Assembly: GCA_965644295.1 (NCBI GenBank)
Contig: CBFFRP010000338.1
Coordinates: forward strand, 236,181 to 300,180
DNA length: 64,000 bases
Source: Paraphysomonas bandaiensis
Taxonomy: Eukaryota; Protista; Chrysophyceae
Direction of reading: 5' to 3'
Below, one piece after another: positions 36,392 to 49,604 of the stretch. The stretch's first letter is position 1; each line of letters opens with the position of its first letter. The notes beneath the pieces were generated by a model, which did no database searches, was not told the origin of the DNA, and worked only from the letters and a program-made list of their open reading frames with translations. A program made the translations under genes and the position numbers.

Positions 36392-36818
36392 AATTGTTTT
36401 AATCTTTGTATTGTCATTGCTGTACTACGACCTGTACCACGTTGATCAAGTAGTAATATACGATATCCTTTATTCAGAACTGACTTCATCCATCCAGATG
36501 GAGGGGCTGTAGGACGAGGACTAGGGAACCCAGGTCCCCCTTGAAGATACATGAGTGCTTTTGATTGAGTTGTATTAGTATTTAATTGTAATTCTCTTAT
36601 GAATATATGTATATATGCATCCGTATAGTGTGTGGGGTCATGTATGTATGTATACCAGTCAAGTGGGACATGAAATGTGTGATCTAATGAGATATCCACC
36701 ATGCCATATGGTAGATGTTGTATGATGAAGGAATGATGAGGTTGAAGACATGATTGTATGAGATAATGAAGCAGAGTATTGTGATATGATGGCATATATA
36801 TATCTGTTTGCTACTGTG
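36392..36818 (-). pseudogene. 5' fragment of proline iminopeptidase (duplication breakpoint)
   Basis: Near-identical to 31598-32027, with a 2-nt deletion near 36688; truncated after TIQRLKQ. Confidence 0.9.
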
Positions 36819-36845
36819 GGATGATGCGGTATGAATTAAGGTGGG

Positions 36846-37380
36846 ATGCCAACTGTGCTTGATGCTATGAATATTGTAGTTGATTTGTGGAAAAACGAGA
36901 AATATTAAAGCCGAAAATAACTAATAAGATGTTGGCGTAAGGCCGGTATATTACCCCCGACACTTACAGCTGATATCGACAATGGCGTTTGTCAACTGAG
37001 TACTTGCTGAAGATAATCTAGACGTCCTCGATCATGAAGTGGATGAGCTCACAGATGACTTATGTCTAATGCGCACGTGATGGAGGAAGACGTTGTAGAT
37101 GTTGAAGGAAGATATATAAGAACTCAAGAAGCAGAAAATGCTTTTTATACTATAATTGATTATGCTATACAAGAAGGCCAACCTTCAGATATGTTAGCTA
37201 CTTTAAGGAAGTGTAATAACCAGCTATTGGACATTTTACGCTATGATCTCTTTGTACATACTACATGTTTATTATTGACATTTATATACTTATTCAAAAG
37301 ACAAAGAAAAGACATATTGATGAATAATGAAGCATAATAGCTGCTAAAACCACTACTATATACACCCCTACCCCCTACGG
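36846..37380 (+). mobile_element. Decayed pogo/Tigger (DDE_1) transposase C-terminal remnant
   Basis: Translation PTVLDAMNIVVDLWKNEKY*..LIRCWRKAGILPP matches the conserved DA..W....I..CW.KAGI end of DDE_1. An acidic tail follows, then a possible terminus CCCCCTACGG. Confidence 0.65.
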
Positions 37381-37843
37381 ATACAGAATTGTCTCATTTA
37401 GCACCAGAGTAGTCATACATCATGAGGCTGCACTCACGCGTTAAAGAGTTTCTAAGCAACATAGAGTCCACCCTGTGAACCCAATATGCAGGGCGGGCCA
37501 ACTGCTCTCAAACATCCATCCTCTGAGCACTGTATATTCCAGCACCTGCAACAGCTACTTACCAAACATCAGAGTCTATCGGCAGCAGGCGTGCGAGATG
37601 TCATGCAAAAGAAGATGCTCTTCTATTTCGTGCGCGCATTTATACTCTACAGTTATGTGAGCATATGATAGTACATAGTGTAAGATATGTGCGCTTGATG
37701 TCGAGTAATGATTACGCACTTTCAGCTGCTATGCTGAAAGAAAAACTCCTGCAATAGAGTTTTTATAGTAAAAACAGGGATTTTTATATAAATACTGCCA
37801 CTTTTATGCTAAAAACCTATATCGCGATTGGCTGTACCCATTT

Positions 37844-38000
37844 GTGGGTGGGAAAAAGTCAATCAGACTAAAAATCCGAGGTTTTTATTTACTGTTTTTA
37901 AGAACTACTGTACGTACTCTGTACAGAGTATATACAGTATATTCTCAAACAACGAAAAAAGGGCGATTTTTTTGCCTGATCGACTTTTTTCCACCTACGG
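37844..38000. mobile_element. Small MITE related to 32066-32193
   Basis: GGTGGGAAAAAGTCAATCAGAC ... GCCTGATCGACTTTTTTCCACCTACGG. Confidence 0.72.
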
Positions 38001-38261
38001 ATATCATCATGTGCAGCAGTATATACCGTATACACAGTATCATGTCCAGCTACTGTACATGTACAATAGTATGTAGCGAGAATATCTAGATATCCAAAGC
38101 GAATACTGAAAAAAAATGAAACTCACGTTAAAATATACATACCTATTTGGTACACTTCACGCCTTACAATGTGGTGAGATATAGTGACCATTACTACGAT
38201 TGTATTTGTTTTGTATCTAACGTATCGATTCATACATAAGCAAACATTCACATTCTATTAT

Positions 38262-38975
38262 ATGACTATAGAAGTATTACCAACAGTTAAGAAGAAATCT
38301 AAAGGTCGCCGAGGAAAAGCTTCCTTGCAAAGATATCAAGACAAGAGGCGGCATGCCTTCCGTGAGGAGGCTGCTAAGCAACGGGCAAGGAGCTTTGCAG
38401 TTCGTTGCCCTCAAGGTGGCTTAGGGGTACATGATGAGCTATGTAAAGTAGTACCGTACTTGTATAGTATCACATCCGATGATACCCCTGAGGTATGTGC
38501 CGCAGCTCTAGACTTTTACGCTAGTTGTGGTGCAGATAATCCCTATGTCGAAGTCAGAAAGGGTGTCAACGTTGCCAATCCTGATGGCTTGAGTCCAGAG
38601 AAGAAAGGACTCTTTGCTCGCGTAGACTTGGACTCAGGGATTCATGTCTGCCTCTATAGCGGGAAAGTCTTGGATAGGTGCCCTAATTGGGGTGCTTATA
38701 TTGTTCACGTGCAGGATAGTGTCTACATTGATGCCGAGCGTGAGTTGTATGACTTGGGCTACCTGTGGGCCATTCCTATCGACGAGAGAAAACTTCTTAA
38801 GACGCCTTACAATCATGGTAGGTTTGTGAACACCCTGTCTGATGAGAACCTCGCTGCAGGTCTGGAGTACAACTGTGAGTTTTGTATAGATGAAAGTGGC
38901 TTGGAAGTCGTCTGGGTGAGGACCCTTAGGCCGATATCTGCAGGTGAGGAGCTGCTGGCTGACTATGGAAAGTAG
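38262..38975 (+). CDS. SET-domain protein, copy B (237 aa)
   Basis: Same length and motifs as copy A; about 15 amino-acid differences by manual count. Confidence 0.88.
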   Translation: MTIEVLPTVKKKSKGRRGKASLQRYQDKRRHAFREEAAKQRARSFAVRCPQGGLGVHDELCKVVPYLYSITSDDTPEVCAAALDFYASCGADNPYVEVRKGVNVANPDGLSPEKKGLFARVDLDSGIHVCLYSGKVLDRCPNWGAYIVHVQDSVYIDAERELYDLGYLWAIPIDERKLLKTPYNHGRFVNTLSDENLAAGLEYNCEFCIDESGLEVVWVRTLRPISAGEELLADYGK

Positions 38976-39342
38976 TTCAACTGGAAGAGTAAACTTCGTC
39001 GACGTGAGTAGTGCTTTCTTTATTGTCGTTCATAAATAATAATGATTCTTTGTCGGCTGTTTATGCTTGAGCTATATACACTGTAGTATTGTAGTGATTA
39101 TAGCCACATACTAAGTAAGGCTCGAGAGGTTCCAAGTGGTCACAACGTCACAACATTACTCCTTAGCCCTAGGTCAAATTGTAGCTTATCCTCATGATAT
39201 CTATCTATATCTATATTGTATAGGGAATATGTATCGTATTGAGGAAGTCGGCTAATATCAGGTAATAAGTAGTGGTACTAGAGTAGTAGAGTGTGGAGCT
39301 GGAGTACTATTGGGCTGTTGGGAAATAATAAATCAGTTCATT

Positions 39343-39673
39343 CAACCGTTAATGACTCGTGGATCTCTACGTTTCTTAATTTTTTGAGCTGACTGAAGAT
39401 TTTTAGTCGCATAGCCAACATCAGCTTCAGTATCCTTTGTAATGTTGTAATCAATTTCTCGGTTATTTATATCCATTTTGCACCTACAGTTGAGAATCTT
39501 CTCTTATATGACTATCATAATATTGATTGCAATATTTTGCAATAGTATTGTGAGCTCTTTTAACAGAAACATTATTGATGGAGTATTTAACCAGTCCACC
39601 AATCAATATATTTTACAATATATTGCAATATATTGTACAATGTATTGCAATACAATATATTGTTCCCTATCCC
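39343..39673 (-). mobile_element. Truncated copy 3 of the hAT element
   Basis: Aligns to 7382-7627 and to 20173-20502 (reverse). One TIR only, missing its terminal TG; absent from paralogous copy A. Confidence 0.88.
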
Positions 39674-39815
39674 ATATTCATTGTATGTACAGTTATTGTT
39701 TTTCTATTACATACGCAAGCAATAATGAGAACTAGATGGTACTGTAATGAACTATGAGATTAGGTGAAATTTATTTATGCTCAAAATTTGTCGTTAATAT
39801 GCAGCAAACGCATGC

Positions 39816-39936
39816 ATGTGTATGTATGTATGTATGTATGTATGTATGTATGTATGTATGTATGTATGTATGTATGTATGTATGTATGTATGTATGTATG
39901 TATGTAGTATGTATGTATGTATGTATGTGTGTATGT
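39816..39936. repeat. (TATG)n array, about 120 bp
   Basis: Seen directly; absent at the paralogous position near 33725. Confidence 0.97.
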
Positions 39937-40486
39937 CGGTGTTCCTGTTTCCTGTAAGAAAACAAATAAAAAAATCAAAGTATTAATTTAAAAAAATCGT
40001 ATCAACATAAGGGACTGGCAAAAAGCAAAATTTCAATCTTATCGAAAAGTTTGGTGATCTATTCTTAAAAGTGCCTATCATTGTGGATTCCTTTTAAATG
40101 TGAATATAATGAAGTCTGACTGTATCATTATTCTGTTCGAACCGAATGTCCATTTTTGCCTGGGCTAGTATGAGCGTTCTGTTTAACCCAATTCAGGTCA
40201 AACTTTTAGATATTCTATTTTGTTATTCAGCATGTATATATTGCGAATACCACTTATGATGTAAGCAGCGGAAATAGTGAGCTTTCGATTACTCACATTT
40301 CCGTAATCCCATTACAATAGTTGTATTCATCAACAATTATGCCAAAACAAAATACTTTTTCATTGATTTAGACATTATAAGCAGTGACAATATCTTGGCT
40401 TTGCGTATATCACCTATATATATACTATAGTTAACTTAATATTACTCACTTGCCACACAATATTAGGATAATTATTGACACTGCAG

Positions 40487-41050
40487 CTACAAAAGTGCAT
40501 GATGCTTTCCAATATATGATAGACTATCTTCACTTGATAAAGCATTCCTGTAAGCATCTACGATAGGATACTATAGAGAATTAGTAAGGAAAACATTATG
40601 CCATAATCAAGACCTACCAAAGTACTAAGTTCAACACTCATAGTGGCCCATCCAATACCAGTTGAATATACTGCTGTCTTGTCAGGAATAACAGCGTTCT
40701 CAATCACCACAGCTGGTCCAATTACACAGTAGTCACCAACTACAGTGTTCGCTAGCAATTTACACTTTGGACTCAATTTGTTGAACGAACCGACTGTAGA
40801 ATCTGAGATAACAGCGCCTACCTCACATAGATTTGCATGACCCAAGGTAGAATTAGTAATTTGAACCTTTTCCTCTATAATATTTCCCTCTCCAATATTG
40901 ACAGCGCTCCCATCTATAGCAGTAACACAACAATCTGGGTGTAATATGCTGTTATCGCCTATGTATACATATCATATATATAATTGCATAGTAGTATAGA
41001 TATATACCAATTTGGACTTCTCCAACTATAGTAGCATTCTCGCAAATCAT
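40487..41050 (-). CDS. DCTN6: Dynactin subunit 6 (p27), left-handed beta-helix; 3 exons
   Basis: MICENATIVGEVQI|GDNSILHP..IGEGNIIEE..NLCEVGA hexapeptide repeats; last exon YPIVDAYRNAL..HHALL*. Confidence 0.82.
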
Positions 41051-41608
41051 ATGAGAAGATATGAATGAATAGTAGAGATCACTGTCCTATTAGTTGCAAT
41101 ATAATCTTAATGTTATCATATCACTGTGATTGAGACTATGATGCATGTGTGTTTGTTGACAGAGTTTGTGTGGTATATGGCAATTCTTAGAGCTAAAAAT
41201 CATTTATTTATAGAAAATCATACACATTTCAGTTAAACTAGGGTTTTTTACAGAAATCCCGTACTTTTATTATTGTTTAGGTAGACTACATTCGGGAATA
41301 CAGTCCAGGATACTCATTGATTGTATTCTACTGTAGTTCCAGAACACAATTCGATCTGAAACGGAATTTTAGATATGAAACAGACAGCAGTGACAGTTAC
41401 ACTCTACAGCAAAATACATACATACGTACAGACGTCTATATACCATACGTCTATATCGTCCAATCATACTAGAAGCAAAAGGAGTCGACTAGATAAGCAT
41501 CTTCTACTAACAGAACAGGTATATATATTGATACTTATGTCAGGATAGGTAGTAAATTTCAAGCTATTTGTACTATTAATTAACACGTGTGGGTAAAATT
41601 GTATAATT

Positions 41609-43137
41609 ATGGGACGTGATGATGACTATTCCAAGGATGATACTTCCAAAGGATTATCCTCTCAACAGTCTAATATGTATGCAAGTAGACTGCTTGTGGT
41701 GGCTCAAATTGCTATAGTCATACTATTTGGAGTTTGTACGAAAGAAGAGTTTATTGAAGATAATTTCAGTGATGTTTATGTGATGTTCACTGGCATTGAG
41801 ATCATGATGTTCTTCGTAAGTAACGGTAACACTGATGTCGAGACTCATCTCATATTTTGACATTTAGGGTTTCGGTTATTTAATGACATTTCTCAGTCGT
41901 TATGGTCTGGGCGCTATTGGTTTAACCATGCTCATTACAATCATAGGTTAGTCGTACCCTTACATATGTTGTCTCTAAAAATGATTTGCATAGGCATACA
42001 GTGGGGTATACTGGTGGAAGGATTCTTCAAAGCTGTTTACCACAATTCTTGGGTATATGTTAGAGTGGATATATATAGTTTTATGGACTCTCTCTTCCTC
42101 GTTGCAGCTATTCTTATTTCCTATGGAAGTGTGATTGGAAGGCTGAGTCCTCTACAGTTGATCGTTATGACTCTGCTGGAAACAATTTGTTATTCTATTA
42201 ACAAAGTGCTACTTTTATTTGGTGCTGTTGATCTTGTTGACGGTAAGTTTTTAACTTTTATTTTGTAAGTTTATGAAGTTTTCTTTCTCTAGCTGGTGGT
42301 ACGATTAGCATACACATGTTCGGAGCGTACTTCGGTTTAGCTGTGGCGTATGTAATTGGTAAACCATCTAACTCAATTTCTACTGAGGGTTCGAGCATAG
42401 CCGATATATTTTCATTAGTGGGAACTTTATTCCTTTGGATTTACTGGCCATCATTCAATGCTGGTGCTTTGGAACCTAATTCCCACCAGCACCAGAGAGC
42501 CATAGCATCTACGATACTTGCCCTTTGCGCGAGCACAATGGGCACCTTCATTGTCTCCATGAACTTCACTAGTGGGTTCAAAATTCGGCCTGTAGATGTA
42601 CAAAATGCGACACTAGCAGGTGGCGTAGGTGTAGGTGCGATATGCCACCTGACCATGAACTTTGCGGACTCCCTTTTGACCGGGCTTGCTGCTGGGTCTG
42701 TCTCATCTTTGGGGTATGCTGTCGTACAGAGTAATCTCGAAAAGTGGGGAATACATGACTCCTGTGGAGTACATAACTTACACGGGTTGCCATCTATTAT
42801 TGGGGGTATTGCTAGCGTAATATTGATGGGATACAAAGGCCCACAAGGTCACGACTATCCAACAGTCATTGAGCACAAGCAATATCAGTGGGGACATCAG
42901 CTAGTTTCTATTTTTATAACTCTCATTCTGTCTATCTTTTCAGGACTAGTCTGTGGACTAATTCTAAGAGAACTTAAGTGTGACTCAACAGTGGAATGCT
43001 TTACCGATAAACCATACTGGCAACTTGCTGAGGAAGAGAACTCTGAAAAAGATTCTGTTGTTGATCAGGCCAAAATATGTCCAGCAAAGGTTGATGATCG
43101 CGTCATGAAATTTGAGGAAGATGAAACTAAGGATTAA
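41609..43137 (+). CDS. Rh-type (Rh50) ammonium/CO2 channel; 4 exons
   Basis: GFGYLMTFL, IHMFGAYFGL, GTLFLWIYWPSFN, QNATLAGGV and DSCGVHNLHG (twin His). Confidence 0.95.
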
Positions 43138-44845
43138 AAATTATGATCTAGGCGGTGCTTAGTTACAACGCGCCTCCAGGACTAACTAAACAGTCGAATG
43201 TTATGGAATTTGTTGCATGTTTATTCTCAGTGTGCTGTTTAACATGCACGAGTGCAACAACTTTTTATATATGTGTTTTTTGAGCGATGATAATAATAAG
43301 TGTACATGAGCATAGTGTTTGACTGGGTATACGTGAAGAATTATCTTAAATAGCTAGGTTAGTTCAAATCTGTTTCTATTCTTGGAATCTTAAGTCCTAA
43401 CAATACCGTAATTAATATAGTACGGTATTATTGACTCATGACACGAGTCTCACATTATTACGAGCGATCTATATCAGGATATATGAAAAGATTACATGAA
43501 AGTACTTTCAGCTTTTAAGTAGTATAAATACTGAAGTACTAGCAGCTACTAAGTATATATGTAATTTGTAAGGCACTGACAAAGAATCACACGTTGATAA
43601 TAAAGATAAAATATAGTGTTCTTAGCTTGTCTTCTCATAGGTTTTCCGTTATAGTAATGACTTGAACAACAATATGTAGATATGAAGTATTGTAGTTTAC
43701 ACTACCACTATATTTTGGGTACTAATATGCACTTCATAAAGATACCATTCATATTGGACTGTACACCGTTTAGAGCTTAGTAGCGTACACTTGTATGGGG
43801 TATGGGGCTATCTTTCTGTAGCTAGCTGACCACACTACACTGCATACTACACAACTACTGCATAGTTCAGTATAATATCAAATACCAACACAAGCTTTCA
43901 CTTCAATGTACGTACTACGGTGTAAAAAACACTATATTGCAATATCTCGAAGTTGTGCTAATAATACTATTGCAACAAATTCCAAAACTCTTGACAATGC
44001 ACATTGTGATTATCGCAATATGTTAACATTGTGAATTTTAGTTAATAACTACTGTGGATAAGTATGAAATCACTTGGTTAATACTACATATTATACGTTG
44101 CATGAGCACTGTGCTTGCTTAATCTACTGGAATTGGTTTAAAATAATTTGCTACGAGTGACATGTATGATACAATTGAAATTAAATAACTAAGAAAGTAA
44201 TAAAGAATTACCGAGTACTGTCAAGGGATTTTCTTCAAAATGGCGGTTTTTCTACTTAAGTTCAATGCAAAGTGTTCAATATTTCATAAGATATCATCAT
44301 GCTACCTGAACCAATTATATATATGCTAATACGGAATATAATGATACGTCATCTCTCACATGGTCATCCTTATTAATAAAGACCATATACATTGATTGTA
44401 TAATCTTGCTTTCTTGCTAGTCTAGTAATGCTGTTGCCAATTGCTTGCAAAGATATATGCTGCCTCTGATCGCTTGTGCTGCTTTCGGATTGGTTTCAAG
44501 GATATCGTAAAAATCCATATTTTTATAATAATTGAGTTTTTTTGTACTAAATATTGTAATATATTAGACTTTTTGAGGACCATATGTATTTTTATCTACA
44601 GCTGTATATACACAGCAGCAGAGTACGTCATAATCGTATGCAGAACCCCCAAACCTCAAACCATACACCAGCAGTGTATACATACTACTATGTATGTATG
44701 GTGGATATCTACTATGGATATACTGTATGTATTGGTGTACATATTTCTATATATAGGAGCTACCTAACCACAACCATCTCATACTTAAATAATCATATTC
44801 AACAACACACACATACATACACATCTCTATCTCTAATAAAATCAT

Positions 44846-47341
44846 ATGAATTCTACTTATTCACCAACTAATCAAAATGATGATAGTAAAGAAGAGAAAT
44901 CAATCAAAGATATTCATACCATTGAATTAAATTATCATTTAAGTGATGTCAATTTATTACGTGGTGATTTTAAAAAAGAAGAATTAGAAGTACAACATAC
45001 AAATATTGAACATGAAAATATTAAATATTTAGCAAAAGAAATATTTTCACAATGGGATTTATTAGATGATGGACAAATATCTGTGGATGAAATTATATTA
45101 TGTGGGATTGATACACAATTAGCTGTTGCATTAGGTCGTGTAATGGATTGTGATAATTCTGGTGTAATACATTATGAAGATATAGTTAATTGTTTAACTA
45201 TTTTAAAATTTGGTACAATGAAAGCAAAAGTTGCTCTATTGGTCGAATTCATGGATCATAATGGAGATCATATGATATCATATGATGAAGCTCTGACTTA
45301 TTTAAAAGCAGCACCATCTGAAATTTGCGAAAAGTTGGGACTGGATCCCACTAATGGGAAGGACTTGCAATTCGAAGACATTTTAGCACTCTTCGAGTCT
45401 TCAGATCGTGGTGAAGAAGCAATTGGCGTATTCTGCAATCATATTCTGCATATATTGGAAAGTCGTGTGGTTAGATTGAAGCCCATGATGTCAACCGTTG
45501 TGCACTGTTTGGGAATAAATGACGTGATGATGTTATACAACCAGTTGGCTACCTGGGTTCGACATCTATCCCGGGAAAATATGTTTATAGCAGTCTTGGT
45601 AGCACTGCAAATCGTCTTGTGGGAATATAACTTCAACTACTACCAAGAAAACAATTATCCAGTATCATTCTGCATCGCTAAGGGATTTGGTCTTAATCTG
45701 CGCATATTAACTATAATTCTTTTTCTCACTATGGCTCGAAGCACGATGGCAAAGCTGCACAGCTATAAATTGTTGTCGTACTTTGTACCTATGGGTTTCA
45801 ATATCCAAATCCATTCATTCGTGGGGTTTTGTACCGTGTTTCATGCTCTTGGTCATATGTCTGGTCATATCGTTTACCACACGTACTTCGTTGAGGGAGG
45901 GTTCTCTCACTCTTTCGTCCAGAAATCACTCTTACGGGGAGAGGGATGGCGCACTAAGGGATCTGGTGATGCGATAACTGGTTTCATTCTTCTTGGCGCA
46001 CTGCTTCTTATGGCTATAACAGCTCTGAGACGAGGAAATAGCTCCCAGGCTTACAAGTCTTTCTCGCTTACGCATTTTCTGTACAACATATGGTTGGTGT
46101 TTTTATTTTTACATGTCCCTCATTTGTGGCCTTTTTTTCTCGCAATTGGTGCACTTTTTGCGTTCGAGCGTGCGAACGACTTCTTCGTCCGCACTACCCA
46201 CTCTACACTTGCCGCAAGCCGACCTCTTAGCAATGGCATTACTTTTCTTTCTGTTCCGCGCTGCAATGCGGCCAGTTATCCTGGTTCGTATTACCGCATT
46301 AAGATTCCAGAGTTGTCCCCTGTTGAATGGCATCCATTTTCGCTTGCTGGAAATGTAACCTCGCATCACCTTATATTCTTCGTAGCTAGTGTTGGGGATT
46401 GGACTAATGGGCTCCATGAACTAGTTTCAGATCCGCAGAGAAGAAATAATGCTACTATTCAGGTATATTTTTCTACTTAGTGCAGTTGTGGTGGCAATCT
46501 GTCGTGGCTGTTACGAATGCGCTGAAACCAACTGAAACTCATTTTGTTTTCATAGGTACAGGGCCCATTCTATGCACCTGCTCACACTGCATCCAAGAAG
46601 CCTACCACAACGACAATGCTTATTGCAAGTGGTATTGGGATTACCCCTTTCTTTTCCGTAATGGCCTCCCGAGTAGCTGAGGAGCAAAGCTACGAGTCAG
46701 ACAAGGAGGTATATGCTGCACTCTTTGATGAGGAACTAGCACAACGTGGTGGTGCCCGCAGCACTGTCAAAGCCATGAAGAAGTGGGATCTAGCCCCTCA
46801 ACTGAAGGCGGAAGATATTAAGACTATGTATGTTGTATGGACAATACGGGATGTCAAAGAGCTGATGTTTTACCTGGACTATGTCTACGAACTAGTGAAA
46901 CATCAGAACACCCTCGCACGGCCAGTAATACATGTTTCTGTGTATCTTACAGGTATTGGGAAAACTACAGATTTGACATACATGATGTCCCAGACGCTTT
47001 TTCTTCTGACATTAGCTGCGAAAACTAGTAAATATATGACGATCCATTTTGGGCGTCCTAACATGTCGAAAGCGATTGAAGATGTCAGTCCGGACCAGGT
47101 TTACTACTGTGGAGGTGGATTCTTGAAGAAAACAGTCAATGATATCTGCATTGAGAACAAAATACCTTTTCATCCGGAGGACTTTGATGCTGGAACGAAT
47201 TTCCTGAATTCAATACAGAGTGCATTTAAGTCGCTCCGTGAGCCGACTGAGAAGAGTCTCCGTCAAATCCGAGCCATGACCTACAGGCGAGTGAAGCGAG
47301 AGAGTGGTGAAATACAAGCCCAGAAACACAGAAAAAAGTAA
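44846..47341 (+). CDS. EF-hand NADPH oxidase (RBOH/NOX5-like); 2 exons
   Basis: EF-hands (DCDNSG, DHNGD), heme His pairs, WHPFS (FAD), GPF, ASGIGITPF and YYCG; intron 46463-46555. Confidence 0.92.
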
Positions 47342-48346
47342 ATGGTATGCGTTGATTTAGTGATTGGTGTTAATAGCTAACGTGCCGGGATTTAGAATTT
47401 TTTGTATCTATTATCTTATGCAAAAGTGCTTTTGACTTCTTGCTGCTATTTATTAGCCGTATACGATTTATTTTCGTGTGTGTAAGAATTTCTATTACAT
47501 TATTATCCATATAAGTTTGAATTCATTACACATGTAGCTACATGTCGGGTCGGTGTTGAGTTTTGAAAGTGCTGTTCTATAGAGATTACAATTACTCCCA
47601 ATATTATTTACGTATTGAAATAATATATCAACGCATATACGCATATGTAGACGTACTACGGTGGCTTACAATTGTGATAAAACTTTCATGATCTAGTATA
47701 ATCTATTATAGTTCATAATATTTTACTAATCCCGTGTAATACCGCATTTAAATCACTAGCGGTGCTATAGCACGTAATTCTACAAGATTAAGTAGTGCTG
47801 AGTGCTGAGTATTAACGTATTGCTATTAGCTATTAGCTAACAACCTTGTCCAGCAGTTTGACTCTGCAATCATACTCTCTAACTCGGTGATGTTAGATAC
47901 GTTTTCAATTAATACGTTTTCATTATGAAGAGAAAGATGATGATGATGAAGACGAGGTCATTCGTTTACTTAAAGACAACCGAAAGCTCAAAAAAGCACA
48001 CATCAAACTGCCAACACGAAATCGTTGCTTGAAGCAGATGTATAATGTATAGCATTATCAATTTTTGTGAGAGGTTGTTTAGCAGAGATAAGAATGCTAT
48101 GACTGATTTTCGCCCCTTGAAATATTGATGTTTCAAAATCGGCATCTTTGGGATGAGATTATAGCTCTGATAGTTATTCTAAAATCTAGTAATAAAATTG
48201 AAGGCAATTAATTGCCAATAATTGGATGTTTGATTAATAATTGCACTTATTATTGTTTGACATCTGTCACCAATTTACTGACAATTAATCGTTACGCAAG
48301 CCTGATACACACACACAGGAGGTAATAACTGGAAGCAAGTTGTGAA

Positions 48347-49036
48347 TCAATCAAATTTATGTCCTCGCAAACTCTTGATTAAACTCGCGATACTCATCCT
48401 CGGAGATACCGTTACTGTCAATAAAGCGGCAATAACTAAAACATAATTAAACATTTTCGTTATTTCCATAATATACACCACAGTTTCAATACGATGCCAG
48501 AAAATCTCAATAAACATACCGAGACCTATCCAAGGGAGAGCGTACTGCAATTTGATATTTCCATGAAAATACGCATCAAACCCTCTGTATTCCCAAGCTA
48601 CATTACGTCCAAACAAAAACATAATAATATAACCCTCAATTATTTCTAAAAACCATATATTGATTGGAAATAATATAACACGTAGAATAGAGTTGATAAT
48701 GATGTGTCGATAACCATATAATATGATAGGCGTAAATATTATATTAGCCCAAAACTGTGCAAAAGAGGAGTGACCAATAGAACCCTGCCATCCTCTAATA
48801 GAGAGTTTACCAGTAATAGAATCTTCATGTGAGATAGTGTTCCATATGATTTCAATGGGTATAAATAATAGTGCTGCTAAACATCCTCCAACTCTGTGTG
48901 TATGTGATGTATAGTGTATGTAGAGTAGTACTATGAGGGATATGAAGCAGGATTTGTAGAGGAATGCAGTATATATGCCTTGTTGAGATGATGGTTGGGG
49001 GAATGGACTTGGGGATGGACCACCGTGTAAAACCAT
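48347..49036 (-). CDS. Multi-pass membrane protein, TMEM229B/CmpB-like
   Basis: Several TM segments; IWFLEIIEGY..AWEY..GNIKLQYALPW pattern; likely start MVLHGG at 49036. Confidence 0.68.
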   Translation of the reverse strand: MVLHGGPSPSPFPQPSSQQGIYTAFLYKSCFISLIVLLYIHYTSHTHRVGGCLAALLFIPIEIIWNTISHEDSITGKLSIRGWQGSIGHSSFAQFWANIIFTPIILYGYRHIIINSILRVILFPINIWFLEIIEGYIIMFLFGRNVAWEYRGFDAYFHGNIKLQYALPWIGLGMFIEIFWHRIETVVYIMEITKMFNYVLVIAALLTVTVSPRMSIASLIKSLRGHKFD

Positions 49037-49191
49037 TGTTAGGTTAGTGAAGCTTGGAGTGAATATATACTTGTATGTATATATAGAAAGAGCACAAAGC
49101 AGAGGAGGAAAGATACCATACACACCATATCTACTGTATGTACCTACAGAAATACTTGCAGTACCTACATACTTGAGTGCCTATATATACG

Positions 49192-49604
49192 TACATACAT
49201 ACATACATACATACATACATACATACATACATACATACATACATACATACATACATACATACATACATACATACATACATACATACATACATACATACAT
49301 ACATACATACATACATACATACATACATACATACATACATACATACATACATACATACATACATACATACATACATACATACATACATACATACATACAT
49401 ACATACATACATACATACATACATACATACATACATACATACATACATACATACATACATACATACATACATACATACATACATACATACATACATACAT
49501 ACATACATACATACATACATACATACATACATACATACATACATACATACATACATACATACATACATACATACATACATACATACATACATACATACAT
49601 ACAT
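49192..49604. repeat. (ACAT)n array, about 410 bp
   Basis: Perfect array between two divergently transcribed genes. Confidence 0.99.
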
